Source: Gemmatimonadota bacterium (GTDB lineage: Bacteria; Gemmatimonadota; Gemmatimonadetes; Gemmatimonadales; Gemmatimonadaceae). From it: a DNA stretch of 57,452 nt. A program made the translations under genes and the position numbers. Below are positions 8,887-18,442 of the stretch, one piece after another. Below the pieces are notes generated by a model that did not search any database, was not told where the DNA came from, and was given only the letters and a program-made list of their open reading frames with translations. Within the stretch, counting starts at the first letter, position 1, and every line of letters begins with the position of its first letter. The stretch covers positions 1 to 57,452 of the forward strand of contig JAYTVE010000400.1 in assembly GCA_043744185.1 (NCBI GenBank). The letters run 5' to 3'.

Positions 8887-10145
8887 GGAGTCCCGGCCGA
8901 GGCCTTCGACGGTCGGCCGCCCGTTTCCGCCGCTTGGACGAGCGCCAACTCGCGGTCCTTGAGCGCGCGCACGCGATTCGAGAGTCCGAAGAGTCGGATG
9001 AAGCCTGCCGCATCGCTCTGCTCGTAGACGTCGTCCTCGCCAAATGTGACAAAGCGCTCGTCGTAAAGGGCGTGAAGGCTCGTGCGCCCGACGATCGTGA
9101 TGTTGCCCTTGTAGAGCTTGAGCGTGACGGAGCCGGTAACGCGTTCCTGTGTGACGTTCACGAAGGCATCGTACGCCTCGCGCTCGGTGGTCCACCAGCG
9201 ACCCTCGTACACGAGGTCGGCGTAGTGTGGCGCGATGAGATCCTTTGCGGCGAGCGTGCGGCGGTCGAGCACCAGCTGCTCGAGCTCCGAGTGCGCGGCG
9301 TAAAGCAGGGAGCCGCCCGGTGTTTCGTACACCCCGCGCGATTTCATGCCCACCAGTCGATCCTCGACGAGGTCGATGCGACCGCACCCGTTGCGCCCGC
9401 CGATAGTGTTGAGCGTCGTGAGCAGGTCGACGCCGTTCATCGTCTTGCCGTTCACGGACACGGGCGTGCCGTGCTCGAAGGCGATGGTCACCTCTTCAGG
9501 CGTGTTCGGCGCGTCCTCGGGATCGGCCGTCATCTGGAAGAGATCCTTCGGCGGACCCTGCGACGGATCCTCGAGCACGCCACCCTCATGGGAGAGATGC
9601 CAGATGTTGCGATCGCGCGAGTAGATCTTGGTCGTGGTGGCCGCCACAGGGATGTTGCGCGCGGCGGCGTATGCCAACGCGTCCTCGCGTGAGCGGATGT
9701 CCCACATGCGCCACGGTGCGATGACCTCGAGGTCAGGCGCGAAGGCCATGTAGGTGAGCTCAAAGCGGACCTGATCGTTCCCCTTGCCGGTGCACCCGTG
9801 CGCCAGCGCATCGGCGCCCACCTGCTTGGCAACATCGACCTGCCGCTTGGCGATGATCGGCCGCGCGATGGAGGTGCCGAGGAGGTACTTGCGACCGTAG
9901 ATGGCGCCCGCACGCAGCATCGGGTAGCAGAACTGCTCCACGAACTCGTTCCGCATGTCCTCGACGTAGCAGGCGTCCGCGCCAGAGGCGATCGCCTTGG
10001 CCTTCACGCCGTCGAGTTCATCGCCCTGTCCGATGTCGGCGGCGACGCAAACAACCTTGGCACCGGGGTAGTGCTCCTTGAGCCAGGGCACAATGATCGA
10101 AGTATCAAGCCCGCCGGAGTAGGCTAGGGCAATGGTCTTGGGCAT
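8883..10145 (-). CDS. argG: argininosuccinate synthase
   Basis: MPKTIALAYSGGLDTS ATP-binding signature and full-length ArgG pattern. Start re-set to ATG 10145. Confidence 0.95.
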   Translation of the reverse strand: MPKTIALAYSGGLDTSIIVPWLKEHYPGAKVVCVAADIGQGDELDGVKAKAIASGADACYVEDMRNEFVEQFCYPMLRAGAIYGRKYLLGTSIARPIIAKRQVDVAKQVGADALAHGCTGKGNDQVRFELTYMAFAPDLEVIAPWRMWDIRSREDALAYAAARNIPVAATTTKIYSRDRNIWHLSHEGGVLEDPSQGPPKDLFQMTADPEDAPNTPEEVTIAFEHGTPVSVNGKTMNGVDLLTTLNTIGGRNGCGRIDLVEDRLVGMKSRGVYETPGGSLLYAAHSELEQLVLDRRTLAAKDLIAPHYADLVYEGRWWTTEREAYDAFVNVTQERVTGSVTLKLYKGNITIVGRTSLHALYDERFVTFGEDDVYEQSDAAGFIRLFGLSNRVRALKDRELALVQAAETGGRPSKASAGTP

Positions 10146-10271
10146 GGGGGCAATACCGAGAAGGAAGGGACAGCGACAACAAAACCGTGATGGCACCGAC
10201 TCGCAATTTTATGCAAGTTCGTGGCGCTGGTCAATGAACCATGCTTCCGCTGCCGAACGCGGTTCGACGGA

Positions 10272-10733
10272 TCAGCCCTCGACGCCGGCGAGTGTGCGGA
10301 GCCGCTTCATGAGCTTCTCGCGCGCGGCGTCCGAGCGCGTAATGATCAGGATGGTGTTCTCGCCGCCGACCGTGCCGATGACATCCGGAAACCCGGCGGC
10401 GTCGATGGCTTCCGCCACCGGCTGCGCACCGCCGGCGGTGGTGGTGAGAACGATCAGTTCGCGGACACCGTCCACCGTGTGGAAGAACTGCTCGAGGAGC
10501 GTCTCCAGCGTGGCGCGCTGCTCGTCGGCAGCGCCCTCCAACACCGCATAGCGAGATCCCTCGGGGCCGGGCACGCGGGCGACCCGCATCTCGCGAAGGT
10601 CGCGCGACAGCGTCGACTGCGTGACGTCCCACCCCTTGGCGAGCAGGAGGTGCCGCAACTCTTCCTGGCTGCCGACCACCTGCGCGGTAATGAGGCCGAG
10701 GATCGCGCGATGCCGGTCGGTCTTGTTGGCCAT
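10272..10733 (-). CDS. argR: arginine repressor
   Basis: Winged-helix N-terminus (RHRAILGLI...SQEELRHLLLAKGWDVTQSTLSRDLREM) and an ArgR C-terminal oligomerisation domain (GTVGGENTILIITR). Start re-set to ATG 10733. Confidence 0.9.
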   Translation of the reverse strand: MANKTDRHRAILGLITAQVVGSQEELRHLLLAKGWDVTQSTLSRDLREMRVARVPGPEGSRYAVLEGAADEQRATLETLLEQFFHTVDGVRELIVLTTTAGGAQPVAEAIDAAGFPDVIGTVGGENTILIITRSDAAREKLMKRLRTLAGVEG

Positions 10734-10815
10734 GGATGATGAACGCGGGGAGGGGTGATGTAGCGCGGGAACGCTACCACCGGCTGGGAGCGAAGGGCAG
10801 GGTGCATGCCGCAGG

Positions 10816-10865
10816 TTGACTTTGGGCTGTTGCAAGAATATTCGTTAAGTGTGCATAAAATACCG
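10816..10865 (+). promoter_or_regulatory. argC promoter / candidate ArgR operator region
   Basis: TTGACT (10816-10821), 17 nt of spacer, then TATTCG (10839-10844). The palindrome GAATATTC lies at 10836-10843 and TGCATAAAATA at 10852-10862. This is the only AT-rich patch in the argR-argC divergent spacer. Confidence 0.4.
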
Positions 10866-11810
10866 GTCGGAGTACTCGGCGCCTCGGGGTATGCGGGGCG
10901 CGAGCTCTGCGCGCTCATACAGTCCCACCCCCGCTACACACTGGCCTTCGCTTCCGCGAATGCCCAGCGCGGGGAGACCGTGCACATCGGTGGCCGCGAA
11001 GTCACCTTCGCGGCTCCTGACGATGTGCGACTCGCCGACGCGACGCTCGTCTTTTCCGCCCTTCCGCACGGCGCCAGTTCCGATTGGGTGGCCCGGGCCG
11101 AAGGGGAGGGCTGTGCGGTCGTCGACCTCTCGGCCGACCTGCGCGTTGGCAATGGGTCGCGTGCGGTGCCGTACGGACTGACGGAAGTGACGCGCGCCGA
11201 AATCACCGGTGCACGCGTCGTCGCCAACCCCGGCTGCTATCCCACGGCGACACTGTTGGCGCTGCTGCCGCTGCTCGAGGCGGGGCTCGTGGCGCCCGGG
11301 GCCACGGTCACGATCAACGCGGCGAGCGGCGTGACCGGCGCCGGCATGGCGCCGCGCGTGGACCTGCTGTTCGGCGAAGTGACCGAGAACTACCGGGCGT
11401 ACGGCGTCGGCAACGAACATCGCCACCTCAACGAGATGCGTGCCATGGTGTCGCGCGCCGGCGCGGATGTGGATCTCCTGTTCACGCCGCACCTGTTGCC
11501 GGTGGCGCGCGGAATTCTTGCCACGATTGCCGTCCCGCTCGTAGCACCGCTCGCCGACCCGCTTTCGCCTCTCCGCGCGCGCTGGAAGGGCGAACCCTTC
11601 ATCGAGGTCACGGCGGCGCTGCCCACGCTGCAGGATGTCGTGCATCGGAACGTCGTCCGGTTGCACGCGCGCATGGCCGCTCACCTTCGCACGCCCACGC
11701 TGCTCGTGTTTGCGGCAATTGACAACCTCGTGAAAGGCGCTGCGGGACAGGCGGTCCAGAATGCGAACCTGATGTTGAGCGTGGGCGAACCGCTCGGGCT
11801 GCCGCGATGA
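10851..11810 (+). CDS. argC: N-acetyl-gamma-glutamyl-phosphate reductase
   Basis: VGVLGASGYAGREL Rossmann motif a few residues from the GTG at 10851, as in characterised ArgC N-termini. Catalytic NPGCYPT motif present. The ATG at 10806 lies upstream of the TTGACT promoter element, so I reject it. Confidence 0.9.
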   Translation: MHKIPVGVLGASGYAGRELCALIQSHPRYTLAFASANAQRGETVHIGGREVTFAAPDDVRLADATLVFSALPHGASSDWVARAEGEGCAVVDLSADLRVGNGSRAVPYGLTEVTRAEITGARVVANPGCYPTATLLALLPLLEAGLVAPGATVTINAASGVTGAGMAPRVDLLFGEVTENYRAYGVGNEHRHLNEMRAMVSRAGADVDLLFTPHLLPVARGILATIAVPLVAPLADPLSPLRARWKGEPFIEVTAALPTLQDVVHRNVVRLHARMAAHLRTPTLLVFAAIDNLVKGAAGQAVQNANLMLSVGEPLGLPR

Positions 11811-12562
11811 TGCGCGTCATCAAGATCGGCGGGCGCGCGCAGGGCGACGCGGCGCTCCCCGGCGCGCTCGTGGCGGCGTGGCGCGCGACGCCGGGTGCGC
11901 TCGTGGTTGTGCATGGCGGCGGCGACGAGGTGAGCGCGCTGCAGCGCGCCCTCGGCGGCGAGCCGACATTCTCGGGCGGGCGACGCGTCACAACGGAGCG
12001 CGACCTTGATGCCGTACGCATGATGCTCTCGGGCACGATCAACAAGCGGCTTGTGGCGCAGCTGCGGGACGCGCAGGCGGTCGGCATCTCGGGCGAAGAC
12101 GCGGGGCTGCTCGAAGCCGCTGTCACCGACGCGACCCTGGGCCGCGTCGGCACGCCGCAGCGCGTCAATCCCGCTCTCTTGGCGCGACTCCTCACGGGCG
12201 GTTTCCTGCCCGTCGTGAGCCCGCTCGGCCGCGATGCGAACCACCCCGACGCCGCAGGGCTCAATGTCAACGGCGACGACGCGGCCGCGGCGATCGCCGT
12301 CGCGCTCGCGGCGGATGAACTGCTGCTCGTCGCGGACGTCGCCGGCGTACTCGACGACGAAGCGCTTATCCCGACGCTTGATCCGGGTCAGGCCCGTGCG
12401 CTGATCGTCAGCGGCGTCGCCCAAGGCGGCATGGCAGCGAAGCTGCAGGCGGCGTGCGCCGCGCTCGACGGCGGCGTGGCACGCGTCCGCATCGGTTCGA
12501 TTGCCGCCATCACCGATTTCACGGCGGGGACGATTGTGTCCAGAGCTCCCCACACGGCCTGA
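11807..12562 (+). CDS. argB: acetylglutamate kinase
   Basis: MMRVIKIGG...LVVVHGGGDEVS amino-acid-kinase motifs. ATGA overlap with the argC stop. Confidence 0.9.
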   Translation: MMRVIKIGGRAQGDAALPGALVAAWRATPGALVVVHGGGDEVSALQRALGGEPTFSGGRRVTTERDLDAVRMMLSGTINKRLVAQLRDAQAVGISGEDAGLLEAAVTDATLGRVGTPQRVNPALLARLLTGGFLPVVSPLGRDANHPDAAGLNVNGDDAAAAIAVALAADELLLVADVAGVLDDEALIPTLDPGQARALIVSGVAQGGMAAKLQAACAALDGGVARVRIGSIAAITDFTAGTIVSRAPHTA

Positions 12563-12573
12563 GGGCCGCTTTC

Positions 12574-13818
12574 ATGTCGATTACGCTTCGCGCTCCAGCC
12601 CAGTCCGTTCCGTCAGTGCCGCCCGCCATCACGTCGCCCGTCACGCCGGCGTCGGCTGGCGTGCCGGGGCCGCTCGCCAATACCTACAAGCGAGCGCCCG
12701 TCCCGATCGTACGCGGCGAGGGCGTAACCTTGATCGACGCGGATGGAAAACGGTACCTCGACCTCGCGAGCGGCATCGCCGTCAACGCGCTGGGCTACAA
12801 CGATGCCGGCGTGAAGGCCGCGATTGTCGCCGCGCTCGAGAGCGGCCTCGTCCACACCTCGAACCTCTTCCGCACCGAACCGGGCGAGCAGCTCGCTGCG
12901 GCCCTCGTCGCGCATTCGTTCGCCGATCGTGTCTTCTTCTGCAATTCGGGCGCGGAGGCCAACGAGGGGGCGTTCAAGTTCGCGCGAAAGTGGGCGCGCA
13001 CGATCGGCTCGCCGGCCAAGCACGAGATCGTGTCGCTGCGCGGGGCATTCCATGGGCGGCTCTTCGCGAGCGTGGCGGCGACCGATCGTCCCGCGTATCG
13101 CCTGCCGTTCCGGCCGCTGGCGGGCGGAATCACGATCGCGGAGCGCGATGAACGCGAGCTCGATGCGATGCTCGACGCCGAGACCGTTGCGGCGGTGATT
13201 GTCGAGCCGATCCAGGGCGAAGGTGGGGTCCGCGTCATCGACCCGGCGTTGCTCGCGTACCTGCGCGCGGTGACCACGGAGCGGCGGATCGCGCTGATTT
13301 TCGACGAGATCCAATGCGGACTCGGACGCACGGGTCACCTCTTCGCGTACGAGGCGACGGGGGTGGTGCCCGACATCGTGACACTGGCCAAGCCGATGGC
13401 CGGAGGACTGCCAATGGGCGCGATCCTGCTGTCGGAGTCGGTGGCATCGGCGCTCGAGCCGGGTGAGCACGGCACGACGTTCGGCGGGGGACCGTTCGTC
13501 GCGAGCGTGGCGCTGCACGTCTTCGAACGCCTGTCGAGTCCGGCGCTTCTGTCACACGTGCGCGAGGTTGGCGCGTTCATGGGCCGCACGCTTCACGGCA
13601 TGATGGAGCGAAGCGCGAAGGTGCGCGCGGTGCGCGGCGCCGGCTTCATGTGGGGCGTGGATGTAGTGGAGCCTGCCGCTGCCGTGGTGGCGCGCGCGCG
13701 CGAGGCCGGCGTGCTCATCCTCTCCGCGGGCGATCACACGCTGCGATTGCTGCCGCCGCTCGTGATGAGTCAGGACGACATCGCCAGCGGGATTGCCACT
13801 TTGGAGACGGTGCTCTAG
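12574..13818 (+). CDS. argD: acetylornithine (class III) aminotransferase
   Basis: Contains FDEIQCGLGRTG and the PLP-lysine region VTLAKPMAGGLP. Start re-set to ATG 12574, 12 nt after the argB stop. Confidence 0.9.
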   Translation: MSITLRAPAQSVPSVPPAITSPVTPASAGVPGPLANTYKRAPVPIVRGEGVTLIDADGKRYLDLASGIAVNALGYNDAGVKAAIVAALESGLVHTSNLFRTEPGEQLAAALVAHSFADRVFFCNSGAEANEGAFKFARKWARTIGSPAKHEIVSLRGAFHGRLFASVAATDRPAYRLPFRPLAGGITIAERDERELDAMLDAETVAAVIVEPIQGEGGVRVIDPALLAYLRAVTTERRIALIFDEIQCGLGRTGHLFAYEATGVVPDIVTLAKPMAGGLPMGAILLSESVASALEPGEHGTTFGGGPFVASVALHVFERLSSPALLSHVREVGAFMGRTLHGMMERSAKVRAVRGAGFMWGVDVVEPAAAVVARAREAGVLILSAGDHTLRLLPPLVMSQDDIASGIATLETVL

Positions 13819-13847
13819 TCGCCCTGTAATGCAGCGCACAGTTCAGG

Positions 13848-13878
13848 TGATCGGCGCGCGCTGAGCGCGTGCCGATCA
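13848..13878 (+). terminator. stem-loop after argD
   Basis: 14-bp stem TGATCGGCGCGCGC / GCGCGTGCCGATCA (one G-U pair) with a 3-nt loop. No clear U-tract follows. Confidence 0.45.
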
Positions 13879-13968
13879 GCGTCCGTCGGGGTACTTTGGG
13901 GTACCTGCGCGCATGCCGGACGACGACGAGCGTCGAACCGGCGTGCGTGGCCCTTGTCCCACGACGCC

Positions 13969-15594
13969 ATGTCGCGCGCCCTGCGCCTGTTGCTCGCCCC
14001 CTTGTTCATCGCGGCCTGTGCGCTCGCCCGCCCGCCGCATGGCGCAGCGGCCTCGTCGGCTGTCGTCACAGCGCCTGCGCCGACGGCGGCGGCGCCGACG
14101 CTGGTGGTGTTCATCACGGTCGATCAGCTCCGCGGGGCGTATCTCGCGCGCTACGGGCCGGCGCTGACCGGGGGGCTGAAGCGATTGCTGGGCACCGGCG
14201 CGGTGTTCGCCAACGGATTCCAGGATCACGGCATCACGGAAACCGCGCCCGGCCACGCGAGCACGATGAGCGGTCGCTTTCCTGTGCACACCGGGATCAT
14301 CATGAACTCGCAGGGGGTCAACACCCGCGAGTATCCGCTCTTGGTCGGCTCGGCCGGTCCCGGCGCGGCTCCCTACCGCTTTCAAGGCACGACGCTGACG
14401 GACTGGATGCTGGCGGTCGACAAGGACACGCGGATTCTCTCCGTCTCGCGCAAGGATCGCGGCGCGATCCTCCCCATAGGTCGCAGCAAGCAACAGGTGT
14501 TCTGGTATGCCCCCGAGGGCGAGTTCAACACCAGTACCTGGTACATGGACGTGCTGCCCGAGTGGGTGAACCAGTTCAACAACGAGGCAACGCCGCGCAA
14601 GTTCGCCGGACAACGCTGGACGCTGCTCCGACCGGCCAGCGAGTACCCTGAGCCGGACTCGGTGCCCACAGAGGGGCGCGGCAGCGACTTCGTGTTCCCG
14701 CACATCGCGCCGAGGGACTCGGACGCCGCCGCCGCTTCGTATCCGAACTATCCGATGATGGATTCGCTCACGCTCGCCTTTGCGCTGCGTGGGTTGAACA
14801 CGATGCAATTGGGTGCGGGATCGCGTACCGACCTCCTCGCGATCTCGCTCTCGACGCTCGACGCGGTCGGGCACCGCTACGGGCCGGACTCGCGCGAAGT
14901 CCGGGACCAGATGTTCCGCCTCGATCGCTACCTCGGGCAGTTCCTCGACTCGCTGTTCACGTTGCGCGATTCCACGCGCGTGATCATCGCCCTCACGGGT
15001 GATCACGGTATTACGCCGTTTCCCGGTGTCACTCGCTACGACCCGAACCAAGGCGCGCGCGTCGTCTCCCTCGACCCGGTGGCAGAGGAGATGGCGGCTC
15101 GCATCAAGGGACGCGGCCTCGAGCCGGCCAAGCTCTTCAGCTGGGACGACGGCGTGTTCATCGTGGACCCGGCCTACGCGCGCTCGTCGCGGATCGACGT
15201 GGATTCGCTGAGCGCGGCCTTCGCGAGCGGGGCGCAGAAGGTGCCCGGCGTGCTGCGCGTGGACCGCATGCGCGACCTCGCCAAGGCCGACACGGTGCGT
15301 GATGCGATTGCGCGACGGTGGCTGCACATGTTCGACCCCGAACGGACGAACGTGCAGCTGGTAGTGACGCTGCAGCAGTGGAGTGTCTGGTCGCTCGCGA
15401 ACATCGCCATGCACGGCAGCCCGCACGACAACGACGCGAACGTACCCGTGGTCTTCTGGGGCGCGCCGTTCCAATCCGGCGCCTTCGCCGACACGGTGCG
15501 CGTGGTGGACATGGCCCCGACGCTTGCAAAGGTCCTTGGCGTCAAGCCGCTCGAGAAGCTCGACGGGCGGCCGCTCCTGCGCGCAATCCGCTAG
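13969..15594 (+). CDS. alkaline-phosphatase-superfamily phosphodiesterase / phosphatase (secreted)
   Basis: Signal peptide MSRALRLLLAPLFIAACALA. Metal-site aspartate in VVFITVDQLR, nucleophile region TAPGHASTMSG and the distal LTGDHG motif. Confidence 0.8.
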   Translation: MSRALRLLLAPLFIAACALARPPHGAAASSAVVTAPAPTAAAPTLVVFITVDQLRGAYLARYGPALTGGLKRLLGTGAVFANGFQDHGITETAPGHASTMSGRFPVHTGIIMNSQGVNTREYPLLVGSAGPGAAPYRFQGTTLTDWMLAVDKDTRILSVSRKDRGAILPIGRSKQQVFWYAPEGEFNTSTWYMDVLPEWVNQFNNEATPRKFAGQRWTLLRPASEYPEPDSVPTEGRGSDFVFPHIAPRDSDAAAASYPNYPMMDSLTLAFALRGLNTMQLGAGSRTDLLAISLSTLDAVGHRYGPDSREVRDQMFRLDRYLGQFLDSLFTLRDSTRVIIALTGDHGITPFPGVTRYDPNQGARVVSLDPVAEEMAARIKGRGLEPAKLFSWDDGVFIVDPAYARSSRIDVDSLSAAFASGAQKVPGVLRVDRMRDLAKADTVRDAIARRWLHMFDPERTNVQLVVTLQQWSVWSLANIAMHGSPHDNDANVPVVFWGAPFQSGAFADTVRVVDMAPTLAKVLGVKPLEKLDGRPLLRAIR

Positions 15595-15625
15595 GCGCAC
15601 GGCAGTGCCGCGTCCCTCGCGCCCG

Positions 15626-16207
15626 ATGGGCACGGTGCTCGCGGCCCTCGACGAGGTGCGCTACGGTGCGGCGAACATTCTCAACTTGCGAGAGTCGCGG
15701 CCGACCGTGGCGGATGCGGTGGCGCGCGCAGAGAGTTGGTTGCGCGCGCGGCAGGTCGCGCGCGCGCTCGAGGTGCTGATCATCACCGGACGCGGCAACG
15801 GCAGCGCGGACGGCATTGCGGTGGTGCGCGCCGGCGTGGAGCGCCTCTGCGGGCAGCTCAAGCGCCGGGGCGTCGTGGCCACCATGCGCGAGCACTCGCC
15901 TGGGGCGCTGCTCGTCGCGCTGGCGCCCGTTTCCGCCTTGCTGGCGCCGCCCGCCCGCGCGAGGCATCCGCAGAAGTCCCTGACCGCAGATCCGCGTACG
16001 CTCGCGGGTCTCGCCCCGGCAACGCGCGCCGCACTTCGTGCCCTTGCGGAGCGCTCGCTCGACGACCTCGGTGCCCGACTCGATGATCCGGCGCTCGTCG
16101 AGGGCGAGATGCTTCGTCTGTTTGCCCAGCTGTCGCCAAGCGCGCCGACGGAGCCGGAACTGCTTCGCTTGGTGGCGATGACCCGGGATGAGTTGGACGC
16201 GCGCTGA
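15626..16207 (+). CDS. Smr-domain protein
   Basis: LNLRESRPTVADAV...LEVLIITGRGNGS matches the Smr (MutS2 C-terminal-like) core. Start re-set to ATG 15626. Confidence 0.75.
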   Translation: MGTVLAALDEVRYGAANILNLRESRPTVADAVARAESWLRARQVARALEVLIITGRGNGSADGIAVVRAGVERLCGQLKRRGVVATMREHSPGALLVALAPVSALLAPPARARHPQKSLTADPRTLAGLAPATRAALRALAERSLDDLGARLDDPALVEGEMLRLFAQLSPSAPTEPELLRLVAMTRDELDAR

Positions 16208-16237
16208 CACTGCGCGTCGATCGTATAGCTTGGTGCC

Positions 16238-17416
16238 ATGAGTGCGCAGCCTGCCGGGCCCCCGACCGTCCCCGCGGCCCCCATGACGGGCGCCGAGCTC
16301 GCGCGGTACCGCCGCCAGATCACGCTGCCCGAGGTGGGGGTGATCGGGCAGGAGAGGCTGCGCGCTGCGCGCGTTCTGGTTGTCGGCACGGGCGGCCTCG
16401 GATCGCCCGTCGCGCTCTACCTTGCCGCAGCCGGTGTGGGGACGCTCGGCCTCGTGGACTTCGATCGAGTCGACGCCACAAACCTGCATCGGCAGGTGCT
16501 CCACGGAACGGCAAACGTCGGCATGTCCAAGGTGGCGTCCGCTGAGACGCGGTTGCACGACCTCAATCCCCACGTGCGCATCGTCACGCACGACGTCGCG
16601 CTCACCTCGGCCAACGCGCTCGACATCATGCGCGACTACGACGTGGTCATCGACGGAACCGACAACTTCCCGACGCGCTACCTGCTCTCGGACGCCTGCG
16701 TGTTGCTCGGCAAGCCGAATGTCTACGGCAGCGTCCAGCGGTTCGAAGGACAGGCGTCGATCTTCTGCACGCCCAACGGACCGTGCTACCGCTGCCTCTT
16801 TCGCGAACCACCGCCGCCCGGGATGGTGCCCAACTGCGCGGAGGCGGGAGTCTTTGGCGTGATGCCAGGTCTCGTCGGCATGATCCAAGCTACCGAGGCG
16901 ATCAAGTGGATTCTCGGGATCGGCACGACGCTCGACGGGCGACTCATGCTCATTGACGCCATGAAGATGACGACGCGCACGATCACCCTGCGCCGCGATC
17001 CCGAGTGTCCCGCGTGCGGCACGCGCACGATCACGCAGTTGGTGGATTACGAGGCGTTCTGCGGTGTGCGACACGATGGCTCTGCCCTGGAGGCGGTGAT
17101 GCTGCCCGATGAGCTCTCTCCCCGCGAGGCCGCCGAGCGTATCGCGGCCGGCGCATTCCTGCTCGACGTACGCGAGCCCTTCGAGGCCGAGATCGCGGTC
17201 ATCGCCGGGTCGGTCCTCGTGCCGATGCGGACGGTGCCGGCGCGCCTGGCCGAGATCCCGCGCGACCGCGACGTGATCGTGCACTGCCATCACGGGATGC
17301 GAAGCCGTTCGGTCGCCGACTTTCTCAAGGCGCAGGGCTTTACGCGCGTCGCCAACCTGGCCGGAGGGATCGACCGATGGAGCGCGGACATCGACCCCGC
17401 TGTTCCAAACTACTAG
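16238..17416 (+). CDS. moeZ: ThiF/MoeB-type adenylyltransferase fused to a rhodanese domain (MoeZ-like)
   Basis: YRRQITLPEVG, GTGGLGSP nucleotide loop, CYRC...CPAC zinc motif and a C-terminal rhodanese domain with the active-site loop VHCHHGMRS. Confidence 0.88.
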   Translation: MSAQPAGPPTVPAAPMTGAELARYRRQITLPEVGVIGQERLRAARVLVVGTGGLGSPVALYLAAAGVGTLGLVDFDRVDATNLHRQVLHGTANVGMSKVASAETRLHDLNPHVRIVTHDVALTSANALDIMRDYDVVIDGTDNFPTRYLLSDACVLLGKPNVYGSVQRFEGQASIFCTPNGPCYRCLFREPPPPGMVPNCAEAGVFGVMPGLVGMIQATEAIKWILGIGTTLDGRLMLIDAMKMTTRTITLRRDPECPACGTRTITQLVDYEAFCGVRHDGSALEAVMLPDELSPREAAERIAAGAFLLDVREPFEAEIAVIAGSVLVPMRTVPARLAEIPRDRDVIVHCHHGMRSRSVADFLKAQGFTRVANLAGGIDRWSADIDPAVPNY

Positions 17417-17427
17417 ATCCATAGTTG

Positions 17428-18333
17428 ATGTTCTGGCCCGACTTGCTCATGCTCGCGGCAGCTCTCGTCGCGCTGGCGGTCGTCGCACGCCAGGTCGTGC
17501 GTCGTCGCATCGAGCGCGCGGTCGAGTCACGACTCGGTCCGCCCGGCCCCGACGGCATTCTGGCGGGTGCCGGATCGATCGCGCTCGACGCCGGTCCCCG
17601 TGCGGCCCTCCTGCTGCACGGCTTCGGCGACACCCCGGAATCGCTCGACGGGCTCGCGCACGCGCTGCACGCGCGCGGATGGACCGTGCGGGTGCCGCTC
17701 TTGCCGGGGCACGGTCGCACGATCGCGGCGTTCGAGGCGAGTTCGGCGGCCGAGTGGGAGGCCGCGGCGGCGGCGGCGCATGCGGAGCTGCGCGAATCGG
17801 GCCATTCCGTCTCGCTCATCGGCCAGTCAATGGGCGCCGCCCTCGTGGTGCGGCTTGCCGCCCGAAATCCGGACACGCCCGCCATGGTCTTGCTTGCGCC
17901 GTTCCTGTCGCTGTCGAGCACGCTCGTGCGAGGCGCCCGCTGGTGGCGGTTCGTTCGAATGCTCCAGCCGTTGATGCGCAGTACGGACGACCGCTCGATT
18001 CACGACCCTGTGGCGCGCGAGCACGCACGTGGCCCAGGCGTCATGCCCGTGCGACTCGTGCCGCAGCTCGTGGGCCTGGTGCGCGCGGCATGCGCCGACC
18101 TTCCGCGGGTGCGCGTGCCCACTCGGATCGTGCAATCGCGGGAGGACAATCGGGTGACTCCTGCGGGCACCGAGGCGGCGTTGCGCACGATCGGCTCGGC
18201 CACGGTGGATTGGGCATGGAGGACCGGGGCCGGGCACGTGCTGTCAGTGGATTACGGACACGACGAGGTGTGGGGGCTCGTCGCCGACTGGATGGAGCGG
18301 CACACGGTTGCCGCCGAGCCGCGCACTGCCTAG
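17428..18333 (+). CDS. alpha/beta-hydrolase (carboxylesterase / lysophospholipase-like)
   Basis: LLLHGFGDTP oxyanion region and the nucleophile elbow GQSMGA, preceded by an N-terminal TM/signal segment. Confidence 0.8.
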   Translation: MFWPDLLMLAAALVALAVVARQVVRRRIERAVESRLGPPGPDGILAGAGSIALDAGPRAALLLHGFGDTPESLDGLAHALHARGWTVRVPLLPGHGRTIAAFEASSAAEWEAAAAAAHAELRESGHSVSLIGQSMGAALVVRLAARNPDTPAMVLLAPFLSLSSTLVRGARWWRFVRMLQPLMRSTDDRSIHDPVAREHARGPGVMPVRLVPQLVGLVRAACADLPRVRVPTRIVQSREDNRVTPAGTEAALRTIGSATVDWAWRTGAGHVLSVDYGHDEVWGLVADWMERHTVAAEPRTA

Positions 18334-18442
18334 AAATCTGCCCGGTTGAACAGACCTGCTCCGAGCGGTAGACGCTCGACCTGCGCGGGCGCATTATTCC
18401 TGAGTGAGTTCGAACGCCCCAACCATTTCGCCATCTTTCCGC

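Noticed and set aside
8887-9387. N-terminal 167-aa extension of the argH track ORF (652 aa in total).
   Set aside because: It runs through the 3' half of argG in another frame. The conserved ArgH N-terminus (LWGGRF) begins just after the GTG at 8886, which overlaps the argG stop.
10806-10850. ATG at 10806 as the argC start.
   Set aside because: It would place the TTGACT/-10 promoter elements and the AT-rich operator-like sequence inside the coding region. It would also add 15 residues not seen before the GASGYAG motif in ArgC proteins. I prefer GTG 10851.
15542-17422. 626-aa minus-strand ORF. Several similar very long ORFs also appear: 13876-15633(-), 24152-26347(-), 26260-28272(-), 37516-39204(+), 46314-47828(+), 20219-21475(-), 21723-23105(-), 1117-2304(+), 10845-11684(-), 11681-12553(-) and 33947-35035(+).
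   Set aside because: Each lies antisense to, or out of frame with, a gene that has strong family motifs (moeZ, phosphatase, usher-like, desaturase, speE, S41, pntB, fibre genes, ispG, argC/argB, M16). Their translations are Arg/Ala/Gly/Pro-rich with no motifs. This is the expected artefact of stop-codon depletion in GC-rich DNA.
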